A stretch of DNA of 64,000 nucleotides from assembly GCA_963815195.1 (NCBI GenBank), contig CAWFGE010000012.1, positions 384,001 through 448,000 on the forward strand, given 5' to 3'. Origin of the DNA: an uncultured Planctomycetaceae bacterium. Lineage in GTDB: Bacteria; Planctomycetota; Planctomycetia; Planctomycetales; Planctomycetaceae. Made by a program: the position numbers and the translations under genes. This document shows, piece after piece, positions 9,254 to 21,114 of this stretch (position 1 is its first letter; each line of letters opens with the position of its first letter). The notes under the pieces are model-generated. The model was not told the DNA's origin. It saw only the letters and a program-made list of their open reading frames with translations, and did not search any database.

Positions 9254-10852
9254 ATGGCCATCAAGGATCCAAGAATGAATGGGACCGTCAAAAGCGATAT
9301 GTTCTGCGGGCTGATCGTGGCTCTGTTGGCGGTCCCTGCTCACGCGGAGCGGCCGAACGTCGTGCTGATCCTCGCCGACGATCTCGGCTATGGGGATGTC
9401 CGGTGCTACAACTCGGAATCGAAGATTCCCACGCCTCACTTGGATCGGCTGGCGTCGCAGGGGCTGCGGTTCACCAATGCGCACAGCCCGTCCACGGTCT
9501 GCACGCCGTCCCGCTACAGCATCATGACCGGGCGGATGTGTTTTCGCACCGGCTATCGCGGGGTGTTCACCGGAGTGGGCGGACCGTCCTTAATCGAAGC
9601 GGGGCGGCTGACGCTGCCGCAAATGCTCAAAAACCAGGGCTACGCGACCGCGTGCGTGGGCAAGTGGCACATCGGGCTGACGTTCTTCACCAAGGCCGGC
9701 CTTCCCGCTTACCAAGCGAAAGTCGATGCGAAACGTCCTCAGGACTGGCGCGACGGCGGGCCGGACCTCGAGCGCGTGCGGATGGTCGATTTCACGAAGC
9801 CGATCTCGGATGGGCCGATCCACCGCGGGTTTGATTTCTTCTTCGGGACGGCCTGCTGCCCGGGCACGGACTGGCTTTATGCCTACATCGAGCAAGACCG
9901 CGTGCGGACGCCGCCGACTTCGCCGTTGGATCGCGCTTCGCTGCCCAAGCATGCGTATTCGCACGACAATCGGCGAGGGCTGATTTCACCGGGCTTCGAT
10001 CTCGAAAAGATCGACCTTGCGTTTCTCCAAAAGAGCAAGAACTGGCTGAAGCAGCATGTCCAGGAGCATCCGACCCAGCCGTTCTTCTTGTTCCATTCGA
10101 TGCAGGCGGTGCATCTGCCATCATTCCCGGCGGACGAGTTCCAGGGCAAAACCAGCGCGGGGCCGCATGGCGATTTTATCGGCGAGATGGATTTCATCGT
10201 CGGGGAGTTGCTAAAGACATTGGAGCGATTGGGCGTCGCCGACAACACGGTGGTGATGTTGACTTCGGACAACGGGCCGGAGGTCACGACGGTGGTCAAC
10301 ATGCGCCGCGATCACCGCCACGATGGGGCCCGGCCGTGGCGTGGCATGAAGCGGGACGACTGGGAAGGCGGGCACCGCGTTCCGCTGATCGTCCGCTGGC
10401 CGGGGCGGATCAAACCGGGATCGACGAGCGATGAGCTGACGAGCCTCACCGATCTCATGGCGACCTGCGGAGCAATCGTGGGAGCCGACTTGCCGAATGA
10501 TGCCGCGGAAGACAGTTACAACATGCTGCCGGTCTGGCTCGGCATGCAAGGGAACGATCCCGTGAGGCCGTATTTGCTCGAGCAGACGATTTCGCTGGCT
10601 CTGTCGATCCGGCAGGGACGCTGGAAGCTGCTGGACCACCAGGGCTCCGGTGGCAACAATTATGAGCGCAATGCCACTCTCCGCCCCTACGCGCTGCCGG
10701 AATTGGCCCCCAAAGCCCCGGGCCAGCTTTACGACCTGGCGGCCGATCCGGGCGAAACTCGCAACTTGTATTTTGAGCAGCCGGAGATTGTCGCCCAACT
10801 CAAGAAAATGCTGGAAGAATCCAAATCCAGCGGCCGCAGCCGTCCGAAATAG
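9254..10852 (+). CDS. Arylsulfatase (formylglycine-dependent, S1)
   Basis: PNVVLILADDLGYGD, CTPSR, GKWH, SDNG, EGGHRVP, LYDL..DPGE. The start may be 9275. Confidence 0.93.
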   Translation: MAIKDPRMNGTVKSDMFCGLIVALLAVPAHAERPNVVLILADDLGYGDVRCYNSESKIPTPHLDRLASQGLRFTNAHSPSTVCTPSRYSIMTGRMCFRTGYRGVFTGVGGPSLIEAGRLTLPQMLKNQGYATACVGKWHIGLTFFTKAGLPAYQAKVDAKRPQDWRDGGPDLERVRMVDFTKPISDGPIHRGFDFFFGTACCPGTDWLYAYIEQDRVRTPPTSPLDRASLPKHAYSHDNRRGLISPGFDLEKIDLAFLQKSKNWLKQHVQEHPTQPFFLFHSMQAVHLPSFPADEFQGKTSAGPHGDFIGEMDFIVGELLKTLERLGVADNTVVMLTSDNGPEVTTVVNMRRDHRHDGARPWRGMKRDDWEGGHRVPLIVRWPGRIKPGSTSDELTSLTDLMATCGAIVGADLPNDAAEDSYNMLPVWLGMQGNDPVRPYLLEQTISLALSIRQGRWKLLDHQGSGGNNYERNATLRPYALPELAPKAPGQLYDLAADPGETRNLYFEQPEIVAQLKKMLEESKSSGRSRPK

Positions 10853-10944
10853 AAGCGGACATTCTCGGTCGAAAGGCGATTGAGACTGCATCCGGGCTGC
10901 CGTACAATGAAATCAGTGTGCGCAGTTTTGCGAGTTTTCTCGGG

Positions 10945-11045
10945 CAAATCCGAAGCACGAAATCCCAAATCCGAATGTCCCCAAACAATACCCTCCCAAA
11001 ACGCGCACCCGACTTGCGGGGTTTGGAGATTGGAATTTCGGTCAT
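10945..11045. repeat. Heptamer-based intergenic repeat (AAATCCGAAGCACGAAATCC family)
   Basis: Same arm as 30792-30850 and the reverse complement of 53152-53210. Confidence 0.75.
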
Positions 11046-11108
11046 TGCCGCGGAATCGCGCACGTTGATTTAACAAAAAAAACCATCCCCAGTTCCCGGT
11101 GTCTCGCC

Positions 11109-12239
11109 ATGCGGTTTCGAAATTCGTCCACGCCTCCTCCCTATTTCAATCGCACCGATCAACTCCGCATGCTGCGGATGGTGGGGCTGTTGGCGCTCGT
11201 GGTGTTTGGGATGAAGCTCGCGGCCGACCCCGCCATGTGGAAGTGGCTGTTCTCCGGCGGCCCCGAGAAACAGGCGCAAACGGAAAAGCCGTCTGAAAGC
11301 AAAGACAAAGACATCGACCGCAGTTTGAAGTTCGATGAGGACTCCCCGCTGACGGGAGACGCCTTCCGGTCGCGAAAGGCCGGTGCTCCCCGGCCGGCCG
11401 TCGCAGAAGCGTCCCCCCATCGCAAAGACGCAGGCTCTTCGGCCGGGAAGCCGCAAGCTCGCGTCGGCGATCATGTTGTCGAGATCGATCCGGACATCCT
11501 GGCCCCGATCACCGACAACAAGGTGGGCATCCGCCGGGAAGAGGCTCATGCGTACTACGCCGTGATCGCCAAGGCCCGGGACATTCCCTTGCCCCGTTTG
11601 GAACAGGCCGGCCGGCAGGAGGATTACACGGTGCTGCTCGCGGACGCGGAGCAATTCCGAGGTCTCCCGATTACGATCGAAGGCACGATTCGCCGGCTCA
11701 ACAAGATCTCCGTTCCCGATAAAGCCGTGTGGGAGGAATTCGGCCTCGATCAACTTTACGAAGCCTGGATGTTTACCGCCTCTTCGGGAACCCGGCCGTA
11801 CCGCGTGCTCTGCACGAGCCTGCCCGAAGGCATTCCCACGGGCGATCAAATCGACGTTCCCGCCCGGTTCACCGGCTACTTCTTCAAAGCCGAATGGTAC
11901 GAATCCGTGGGCGGACTCCAGAAAGCCCCGCTGCTTATCGGCAAGACCATTCGCTGGGAGCGGCCGATCGCGGCGTCCGGTTCCCAGTCGGCCGACGATT
12001 TGGGGCTGGCTCCTTATGTCATCGGCCTGGCGGTTCTGGTCGCCTTGGGATTGGCGCTCATGATTTGGCGGTTTAATGCCAGTGACAAGCAATTCGGCCA
12101 TCAGCACATCGATCACTTTACCGCCGCCAGCCCGGCCGCGATTCAGGAGCTCCAAAACCTGGAGACCAGCGACCCGCGCGACCTCTTCCGCCAGATGGAA
12201 GCCGAAGCCCTCGCCGCGGAAGCGGAACACGAGGATTGA
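11109..12239 (+). CDS. Hypothetical membrane protein (N- and C-terminal TM helices, OB-fold-like periplasmic core)
   Basis: Two hydrophobic helices flanking FRGLPITIEG...FTGYFFK...APLLIG. Confidence 0.7.
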   Translation: MRFRNSSTPPPYFNRTDQLRMLRMVGLLALVVFGMKLAADPAMWKWLFSGGPEKQAQTEKPSESKDKDIDRSLKFDEDSPLTGDAFRSRKAGAPRPAVAEASPHRKDAGSSAGKPQARVGDHVVEIDPDILAPITDNKVGIRREEAHAYYAVIAKARDIPLPRLEQAGRQEDYTVLLADAEQFRGLPITIEGTIRRLNKISVPDKAVWEEFGLDQLYEAWMFTASSGTRPYRVLCTSLPEGIPTGDQIDVPARFTGYFFKAEWYESVGGLQKAPLLIGKTIRWERPIAASGSQSADDLGLAPYVIGLAVLVALGLALMIWRFNASDKQFGHQHIDHFTAASPAAIQELQNLETSDPRDLFRQMEAEALAAEAEHED

Positions 12240-12263
12240 CGAAGGGATCACTCGAAAAACTTA

Positions 12264-12326
12264 ATCAGCCGCAGGGCGCTAGCCCCGGTTCACGGGAGAA
12301 CCGGACCCGCGCGCGTTCCGGCTGAT
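12264..12326. repeat. REP-like element, same family as the 30-bp unit at 517-601
   Basis: ATCAGCCGCAGGGCGCTAGCCCCGGTTC...GAACCGGACCCGCGCGCGTTCCGGCTGAT (imperfect inverted pair). Confidence 0.7.
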
Positions 12327-12348
12327 CGCAAGAAGGTGAAAAGGCCTG

Positions 12349-13460
12349 ATGGCGCGTGAGGAAATCTTTGCGGCGAGTTTGGACTTTTTCTTGAGTCCGA
12401 TTGCGCCCTATCTGCATGATGACACCGTGACCGAGGTGATGGTCAACGGGTTCGATGAGGTTTATATCGAACGCCAAGGCCGGCTGGAGGAAACGGATGC
12501 CCGGTTTCCCAGCGAGGATGCGCTCCTCTCGGCGGTGCATAATGTGGCCCAATACGTGGGGCGGGAGATTGATGCGGACCGGCCGGTGCTCGATGCCCGG
12601 CTCCCGGACGGCTCGCGGGTGCATGCCGTCGTTCCGCCGAGCGCCCGCCGGGGCACGTATTTGACGATCCGCAAATTCCTCCGCGACATCCTGGGGCTGG
12701 AGGATTTCGTGCGGATGGGCAGCCTGTCCGAATCCGCCAGGGAGTTTTTGGAACTCTGCGTCCGGCTGCGGAAGAACATCGTCGTCTCCGGCGGCACGGG
12801 CACGGGCAAAACCACCTTCCTCAATGCGCTCTCCACCGCGATTCCCGAAGAGGAACGCATCGTGGTCATCGAGGACAGCTCCGAACTCCGGCTCTCGCAG
12901 AAACATTGCCTGTATCTCGAATCGCAGCAGGCCGACGCCTACGGCCGCGGGGCGCTGCACGATTCGGGACTTGTTCAAAGCCTCGCTGCGGATGCGGCCG
13001 GACCGGATCATCGTAGGCGAAGTCCGCAGCGGCGAAGCGCTCGACATGGTGCAGTCCATGATCAGCGGGCACTCCGGCAGCATGACCACCGTGCACGCCA
13101 ACTCGGCCCACGATGCGATGGTCCGGCTGGAAACCTTGTCGCTGATGTCCGATGTCGAACTGCCCGTGTACGTGGCCCGCGCAGGTGGCCTCCGCGATCG
13201 AACTGGTCGTGCAGCTCACGCGGTACGCGGAGGACGGCTCGCGAAAAGTCAGCCGGATCACCGAATGCCGGCGTCTGGACGAGCGCGACCGCTTCCAGTT
13301 TGCGGACTTGTTCGTGTCGCACCTCACCGGCCGCACGGCCCAAGGCCAATTGATCGCAGAGCTTCTGCCGACGGGCGAGAAGCCCTTGTTCTCGAAGGAA
13401 GCCGCCGAGCACGGTTTGCAGAATCAAATCCGCCACTCGGCCGGTTTGTGGGACCGTTGA
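12349..13460 (+). CDS. cpaF: CpaF/TadA (VirB11-like) ATPase (frameshifts near 12950 and 13180)
   Basis: DARLPDGSRV, IRKF, Walker A GGTGTGKTT, IEDSSEL, RPDRIIVGEVRSGE and GHSGSMTTVHANS across three frames. Confidence 0.88.
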
Positions 13461-13557
13461 ACGAAGGCGCCTTCGGCACGACCGGACTTCGTTGGGGCGG
13501 CGCGATCGGCTATGATTGGGCCGGTCGCATTGTTTTTCACTCAGCCCCGGGCTTCGC

Positions 13558-14753
13558 ATGCAACGTCCGCACTCCCCCGAAACGCCGTCCGCGCCCCCCG
13601 CTTCCGACAGCGGCGCGTCGCCGTTGTCAGCGATCGATGAGCCATACCGGCTCGAGCTGTTTCGCATGGCTCTTTTGAAAAACGCGCCGACGGCGTTTGT
13701 CACAATCGGGCTGGTGCTCGCGAATGTGCTGGTCTATGTGGCGATGGTCGCCAGCGGCGTTTCGCCCTTCAGCCCGGATGTGATGGACATGCTCCGCTGG
13801 GGGGCCGACTTCGGGCCGCGGACGCTGTCGGGCGAGACGTGGCGGCTCTTCACTTGCATGTTCGTGCATTTCGGGCGCTCCATCTGGGCATGAACATGAT
13901 GGCCTTGTGGAATTTGGGCCGGTTCGTCGAGCGGATGTTCGGGAACTATGGGTTTCTGCTGTTGTATTTGCTGTCGGGGTTGGCGGGCAGTTTTGCCAGC
14001 GTGCTTTGGAATCCCGGGGGCGTGAGTGCCGGGGCCTCGGGGGCGATCTTCGGCGTGGCCGGGGCGCTCCTCGCCGGGACTTGGAAACTCCGCCGCAGCA
14101 TGCCCCGCGTGTTCGTGAAGTCGGCGAAATGGCTCGCGGTCAACGTGCTCGTGTTGTTCGTCGTGTTCTCCGCAGTCAACCAGTTTCGCAGCATGATCGA
14201 CAACTCGGCCCATTTCGCCGGCTTTCTGACGGGCATGCTCTGCGGATTCGTTCTCGCCGAGCCGATCCCCAATCCGGGACGGTCGCATAAGCGATTGCGG
14301 TTGGGGCTGTTGACGGCGGTCGGCGCGGCGGGGCTCTTCGCGGCTTATCAATCCCTGCCCAGCCCGCCGGCCGACGTGGTTGCGCTGGAAGGTCATTATC
14401 GCCGCGTGGAGAAACAGGTGCTTCGCGACTGGCAGTCCGCCGAGGATCGCTTGCAGGCGGGGGCGATCACCGAGCAGGAATACGCGGACATTTTGGAGCA
14501 CAAGATTCTCCCGCCCTGGAAAAAGCTCCGCGAGGATTTGGTAGCGGCCGAAAACATTCCCAAGGATCAGCAGGAGTATGTGGCGGATTTGCGGAAAATC
14601 GTCCGGCTTCGGGAAGAGGGTTGGGAAAAACTCGCCCAAGCCATCCGCAAGAACGATCCCAAAAAATCGCAGGAAGCCAACCAGCTTCTTAACGAGGCCA
14701 CCGCCATCATCAAACGCCTCAATGTCGATCCGGGCGAGGCGGCGGACGAATGA
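13558..14753 (+). CDS. Rhomboid intramembrane serine protease with C-terminal helical domain (frameshift near 13875)
   Basis: WRLFTCMFVHFG|LHLGMNM, GASGAIFG, AHFAG. Confidence 0.88.
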
Positions 14754-14756
14754 TCG

Positions 14757-16076
14757 TTACCGGGCGGTTTCGGTGAACTTCACCCGGCTCAGGTCTTCGC
14801 CGCGGTTTTCCAGAAACTCCTGCCGGCCCGCGTCCGTCACGCCGGTAAAGCCCACGACGATTTCCTGAATCTTCGGCAGTTCCTGGAGCGTTTTCAGCCC
14901 CGCATCGGTGACTTGGGTCTTGGTGAGGTTGAGGTATTCCAGGTTCTTTAGCGGGGTGAGGTTCTTTAAGCCCTCGTCCGAAATGGACGTGGTTTCCAGG
15001 CTCAAGCGTTTGAGCTTCGTCAACTTGCCCAGGGATTTGGTGCACTCGTCCGTCACCTTGGAGGCCCAGAGGTCCAGGTCTTCCAGGTTCGAAAGGGCCG
15101 TGAGATGGAGGACACCTTCATCGCCGACGATCGTTTCGCTCAAATCGAGGCTCTTGAGTTTGGCCATGCCTTTGAGATGGGCGAGGCCCGCATCCTTCGT
15201 GGCGATTTGCCGGAGGTTCAATTCGATCATGTTGGTGAGGCCCGCGAGATGCGCGAGGCCTTCTTCCGTGATGAAATCCCGCCGCAGGAACAGCCGTTCC
15301 AGAGACTTCATGTCCTTGAGGTGCTCGAGGCCGGCATCGTCGATTTGGGTGTCGTCGAGTTCCAGATGTTTGAGGTTCGGAAACTTCTTGACCTGCTCGA
15401 GCGCCTCGTTGCCGAGGAACAAATTGTTGAGGTTCAGCTGCTTGAGGGCTTTGAGCTTCGTGAGCGGTTCCAAGCCCGCTGCGCTGATTTGGGTTTGCTG
15501 GAGCTTCAAATACTGGAGGTTTTTCATCTGGGCCACGTATTCGAGGCCGTCGTCCCCGATGTTCGTGAAGCGGACATCGAGGTCCTTGAGATTGGGCAGG
15601 TCTTTGAGAGACTTGAGGCCTTCGCTGGTGATGTCCGTCCGGCGGAGCGTGAGCGCCTCCAGCGACTTCATGCCCTGGAGTTGCTCGAGGCCTTTGTCCG
15701 TCGTCGAGGTGCTTTGCAGGCTGAGCACCTTCAGATTCGGCAGCGCTCGAATGTACTGAAACGCCTTGTCCGTGAAGTTCGGACCTTCGAGAAAGAGCCT
15801 TTCCACCTTGGGCGTCGATTTGAGAAGTTTCAAGTCGTCGTCGTTCCCCAAGTTCTTGACGAGATCGATGCGGATAATCTCCCCGGCCGCGTTCTGGTCG
15901 ACGGTGCCCTCGAGGTTTTCGATCTCCGTGAGGATCGCCGCGTTGTCGACTTTCGGCTTGGCGGCTTGGTTTTCCTTCGGGGGCTTGGGGCTTTCGGCGG
16001 ATTTTTGCGGGCTCTTCTCTTTTCCGCAGCCCAACAGCAAGAGGCAGGCGAGCAAAATCAAGGTGGGTCGCATCAT
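14757..16076 (-). CDS. Leucine-rich-repeat lipoprotein
   Basis: Lipobox LLLGC and many 24-aa LxxLxLxxTxITDxGL repeats. Confidence 0.9.
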   Translation of the reverse strand: MMRPTLILLACLLLLGCGKEKSPQKSAESPKPPKENQAAKPKVDNAAILTEIENLEGTVDQNAAGEIIRIDLVKNLGNDDDLKLLKSTPKVERLFLEGPNFTDKAFQYIRALPNLKVLSLQSTSTTDKGLEQLQGMKSLEALTLRRTDITSEGLKSLKDLPNLKDLDVRFTNIGDDGLEYVAQMKNLQYLKLQQTQISAAGLEPLTKLKALKQLNLNNLFLGNEALEQVKKFPNLKHLELDDTQIDDAGLEHLKDMKSLERLFLRRDFITEEGLAHLAGLTNMIELNLRQIATKDAGLAHLKGMAKLKSLDLSETIVGDEGVLHLTALSNLEDLDLWASKVTDECTKSLGKLTKLKRLSLETTSISDEGLKNLTPLKNLEYLNLTKTQVTDAGLKTLQELPKIQEIVVGFTGVTDAGRQEFLENRGEDLSRVKFTETAR

Positions 16077-16350
16077 CGGACTATATCTCCTGAATCTTCG
16101 GCAGGAAGCGAATTGACAAAACAATGGGGACAACCGCAGGTTAATCATCCGGCAAAGCCGACGCAATTCCACGCGCCCATCGAATACCGCCCGGATGATG
16201 TCGGGATGCCGCGGCGGGCCGCTTTGGAAATCTTTTCCTTGACGGCGGAATCGAGCAGGCGTTTGGAGTATCATCAAAACGAATCGGGATGAAGCATTTG
16301 CCACGATGACGACGAGAAAGTTTTCGCGTTTGAAAGCCGAGTTTGCCGCC

Positions 16351-18380
16351 ATGACGAGATTCCACCGCATCGCGATTTTCCTGTTGGGGCTTTGGCTTGT
16401 GTGCTGTGGGGAAACCTGCGAGGCCCAGGACCCGATGCCGCCGGCCCAGCCCAGCGTGTTCGATCTGCCGCGGATTTACAGCCAGCAGATGGCGGCGCAT
16501 CGGCAAATGGCGCTCGTGCTCGTGGCGAAAGATGACGCCAAGGCGGAAGGCCTGTTGAAAGCCGCGATCGAACGGATCCCGCACGATGTGACCGCCCACT
16601 ACAACCTGGCGTGCGTCCTGGCCCGGGAAGAAAAAGCCGACGCCGCTTTCACCGAGTTGCGAAAAGCGGTGGAGTTGGGTTGGCGGGACGCAAAACATCT
16701 CGCCGCCGATCCCGATTTGGAATCCTTGAGAAAGGACGAGCGGTTCGCCGAGGCGGTGAAAGCGGCCGAAGGCGCCGCCGCCGAAAAACATGCCGGGCTG
16801 GAAGTTCACGGTCAAACCCGCCGAACCAGCGGGCGGCGAGGTTGTTGTCACGGAAGATTGCACGGCGTTCGATCCGAAGACCGGATTGCTGCGGGTGTTT
16901 TTCCGCGCCGGAGGCCGATGCGGATACGCCCATCGTCAAAGGCATGGGGGAAGCGGGGAAACTCTTGTTGAAGTGGGCCAAAGACGGCACCGCGGCGGGC
17001 AACTGGGGCGATTTCTACGACAACCACGACACCGACCATTCCAACATGAACTACGCCGCATTCCCCGGGCTCACGCGGATCGAGTACTCCGAAGCCGCCA
17101 AGAAGCGAGGACTGCACCACGGCTTGCAGGAGCGGTTTCTCTTCAATCAGGTGACGATCGGCAATTCCTCGACCGCCTTGGTCAGCGGGCCGGAGTGGCG
17201 CTGCCAGGGCCGATTTGCGATCACGCGGCCGAACGGCCCGCAGATTCTGGCTCTTCAGTATCTCAGCAATCAATTGTACTTTTACCCCGAGCATCGCGAT
17301 CACGATGCCGGGCACAACGGCAAAGACGGCGGCTACGGCGATGTATTCCCCGCGAACACGCCGTACCTGATTTTGTCGCAGGGTTCGTCCGGCTCCGACC
17401 GCGCGTTTATGAACGCCGTCGCGACGACGCTCGCCGCGTTTCGTCCCGAAGTGAAAGACAAACTCAAGAAGTCGGGCCTGTTGATGCCCGCCGTGCAAAT
17501 GATTTTCCGCATGAGCAACAACACCGTCTCCGAGCGGAGCGATTATCTCACCGGGAAAGCGCATCCCACGGTGTTCGACGGCAAGGACCTCAACGTGGTC
17601 AAGATGGTCGAATTGGCCCACGGCATCGAGCCGGAATTGCTGCCCCCGTTCTGCCAGATCTCCGTTGTGGAAGAAGATCTGGGACAAGTGGGCCGGGATT
17701 ATTTTGACGTCGCTCCGCGGGAAAAATTGTTCGACACGCCGTGCGCAGTGGCGCGGGTTGTCAAGTCCAGCCGCGACAGCAAGCGAATGCTGCTCTCGGC
17801 CGAGAACAGCCGCGACCTCCAGGGCAAACCGCTCAAGTATCATTGGAAAGTGCTCCGAGGCGATGCGGAGCGAATCACGATCCAACCCTTAAACAACGCC
17901 GGCTCGAAGGTGGAATTGATCGTGCCCTATCACACCCGGCAGCCGATTTCGCCGGGCAGTCCGATGGAATCCAACCGCGTGGACATCGGGGTGTTCGTGG
18001 AGAACGAAAAACATTTCTCCGCCCCGGCGTTTGTCAGCTTTTATTACCTCGACGACGAACTCCGCCGATACGACGACGAGCACCGCATCCAATCGATCGA
18101 CTACACGGCCGAGGAAGTCCGCAACAACTATGTCGATCCCTTCCTCGATTTTCCCAAAGATTGGCGGGACGACTACCACTACGACGCCCAGGGAAACTTG
18201 ACAGGATGGACCCGAACGCGGGGCGATGCCACCGAGGAGTTCACGGCGGAGGGGAAACGGATCCTCGAACGAGACGAGGACGGCCAACCCAAAAAAACCG
18301 CCGAGGTCCGCTACGTGCCCGAACGATTGCCCAACCGCAAGGTCCGGCTCAAACAAGAACCGCTCGAACCGCCCCGTTGA
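16351..18380 (+). CDS. Secreted protein: N-terminal TPR plus uncharacterised His/Asp-rich domain (frameshifts near 16788 and 16905)
   Basis: Signal peptide and TPR (AHYNLACVLA...AVELGW...DPDLESLR), then YDNHDTDHS, YPEHRDHD, SQGSSGSD and WRDDYHYDAQGNLTGW. Confidence 0.7.
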
Positions 18381-18551
18381 GGGCCCGCGGCGGTTGAGCG
18401 TTCGTTTCTTCCCCGGCCGAAAAGGCAAAGGCAACCTTCACCGATTAAACCGCCGTCCCTTGAACAGAACCCGAATTGGCAAGGCATGGGAAACACTCTA
18501 TGATTTCAGGTGTGGAGTTCGAGGTGTTTCTCATCCGAGTTTTCAGGTGCC

Positions 18552-21099
18552 ATGAACGCGGAGCGGGTCTCCCTGGCAGACCTCTTGGGCATTGGGTTGC
18601 TCCGGCGGTTGGATCAGAATGAAGCGAAGTACTGCGCGGACATCGATGCTCCGCTCGCAGCGGAAGCGCCGCGCGATCACCGCGGGCACCTCAAAAACCC
18701 GACCCGCGTCCTCGCCAAACGGGCCGATCAAATCCTGCAAACCCGGCACGGCATCCAACCCCGCTGGGTCGGCGAAGTCGTCAACTGGCTGCGGGTGATC
18801 CGCGTTGTGGGCTACCTTTTCGTCTTGGGGATCGCCTTCGGCCTCGCGGAACCCTGGCTCCGCGAAGGCCAAGTCGTCAACGTCGAATGGATTTTCGGCT
18901 TCCTGGCGACGTTGGTCGTGTCCATGACCATCACCAGCCTATTGATGGTCACCGCCCTCTTCGCCAAGAGAAAAGGCGAAGACACGCCGGGCGAAACTCC
19001 GACCGGTGGAGGAGTCGCCAACACCTTCGCCAAATTGTTGATCGTGCATTGGCTGATGCAGTTCCTCTTCCGCCGGGCCGTGCCCTGGATCGAACGCCGA
19101 ATTCTCAACCGTTCCGGCGACAAGAGTCCCGAAGAGATCCGGCGAATCGAGAAAGTCACCGAGGCCCTTTACGACACGTTCTCGCAGCAATCCCGCCGCA
19201 TGGCCCTGGAAGCCGCCGCGACGAGCAACATGGTCTGGTTTCTGCTGAGCGTGGGCGTTTTGCTGTCGCTGGGAAAGATGGGGCTGTTTCGGGAATACGA
19301 TTTCCAATGGCAGGCGACGATTGTTTCCGAAGAGTTCATGCTGGACGCCACGCAGACAATGGCCCGGCCGATTCAAGGGCTGCCTCTGGTCAGTCAACCG
19401 ACCCCAGCCGATGTCCGCTGGCTCGCCACGCGGGAGTTGAGTGCAGGCGATGCGAACGCCCAAACCGCCGAGGAAGGCCATCAATATCACCGGCAACTCT
19501 GGGGCCGGCTGTTTCTGGCGTACCTCCTCTACTACGGCGTCTTTCCGCGGTTCGTCCTCGTGATCCTCTCCCGCTGGCTCGCGGCCCGGGGTTGGAAGGG
19601 ACTCAGGCCCAAGCTCAAAGATCCCTATTTCAAGACCATCATCGAAAACATCGAATCGCCGCCGTTCGAATCCAGCCAAGAGGAAGCCTCGGAACCGGAG
19701 GACGAAGAGATCGAAGGCGAGCGGGGCGGCGTCAGCCCCCCGGTCACTCCGAAGATCTCAACGCCCGTCGCCCAACCAGAACCGGCGGAATCGCGTTCGC
19801 TCGAGGAACTCCCCCTCGGCACAGAGACCGTCGTGTTTTCCTATGATGTTCCAGCCCCCGGCGAAGGTTGGCCGAAGTCCTTGTCGATGGACAAAAACGG
19901 CCACGTCATCGATCTGGGAAACGTCGGCGACCGCGCGGCCCGCAAGCGAATCACGGCCGAACTTAACGAGCGCCGAAACGACATCGGTCTGCTGGTGATC
20001 GTCGCGGATTCTTGTGGATAACCCCGACGGCCTGTTCGAGCATTTCGTGCGGGAAACGGTCGATCATCTCTTGCCAAGCGCCGGCCGGTCGTTGGTGTTG
20101 ATCGGCGGGGAACGTCTCCGCAATCGCTACGAAGGCAACGCCCAGAAGATTGCGCACCGGATCGATCTGTGGAAACAGATGGGGACTGCGTCGGGAATCG
20201 AGCGCGAGAAGATCGTGGAGTTCGACATCGAGCACGCCACGACCGCAGCCCGCGAACTGCTCCGCGCCCGCATGCAGGATTTCAAACCCAAAGCGGACGA
20301 GAAAGCGGAAAAGCCGGCCGCGTCCGGGGCGATTCAGTCCGCGGGGTTGTTCCGCAAGGCGACGTGCGTCGTCATCATGGGCCACATCAACGAGGCGACC
20401 GCGAACCAATCCCCGGACCAGCTTCGCGAAACGACGTTGGAGATTCATCATCAGCTCCGCAGCCTGTACCGCAAACAGGCCTCTGCATTGGAAAAGGCCT
20501 TCAAGAACGTCAACATCGACACCAACCGCATTCGCTCGGCCGTCTCGGAAACAGCCCATCAGGCCCACAGCCAATTCGACAAGCTCGAAGAGTTCTCGCG
20601 GATGACGGCCGTCGTTTCCCGGTACACCAAAGGGCTCAGCGGCAAATGGGCCGTCGGGGGCGGGTTGGTCTGCGCGCTAGGCAGCGGAGCGCTCGCGGCG
20701 CTCGCGGCTCCCGCGCTTCTGCCGGCGCTGATTCCCGCGGCCACGCTCGGGGCTCAGGCGGGGCTGTTGGGCGGCGTGCTCTCGGCGCATGCCCCGCATC
20801 TCGCCGCCAAGCTCCGACTCCGCCGGCCCAAGGCGGAAGGCGAAACAGCGACCGAAGAACCGCCGGAGCCGCTGCCGGAAGAGCAGTTCTCCCTGGATGA
20901 CCTCACCCGGTCCAGCACGCTCCTCGCGCTCATTTTGGAACTTCAGGGCAATTCGGAAGACCGCATCGCTGAGGCTTTGGAAACGATATTAGCCGATTTC
21001 TCCGACGAAGATTTACGAACCCCCGAAGCGGCGAGCGGTTGGCTGACCGCCGTCGCGGACCGCACCGAAACCTACCTGGCGGAGAACGCCGCGAATTGA
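18552..21099 (+). CDS. DUF2868-like membrane protein with long C-terminal extension (frameshift near 20010)
   Basis: TM helices, YDFQWQATI and W...L..YGVFPR match DUF2868. Removing one T (GATTCTTGTG to GAT CTT GTG) joins ORF 18510-20021 to ORF 20014-21099. Confidence 0.7.
19716..19744. repeat. REP-like element inside a CDS (encodes GERGGVSPP)
   Basis: GGCGAGCGGGGCGGCGTCAGCCCCCCGGT resembles the intergenic element at 6710-6738. Confidence 0.6.
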
Positions 21100-21114
21100 C
21101 TTGATCGCTCCCCG

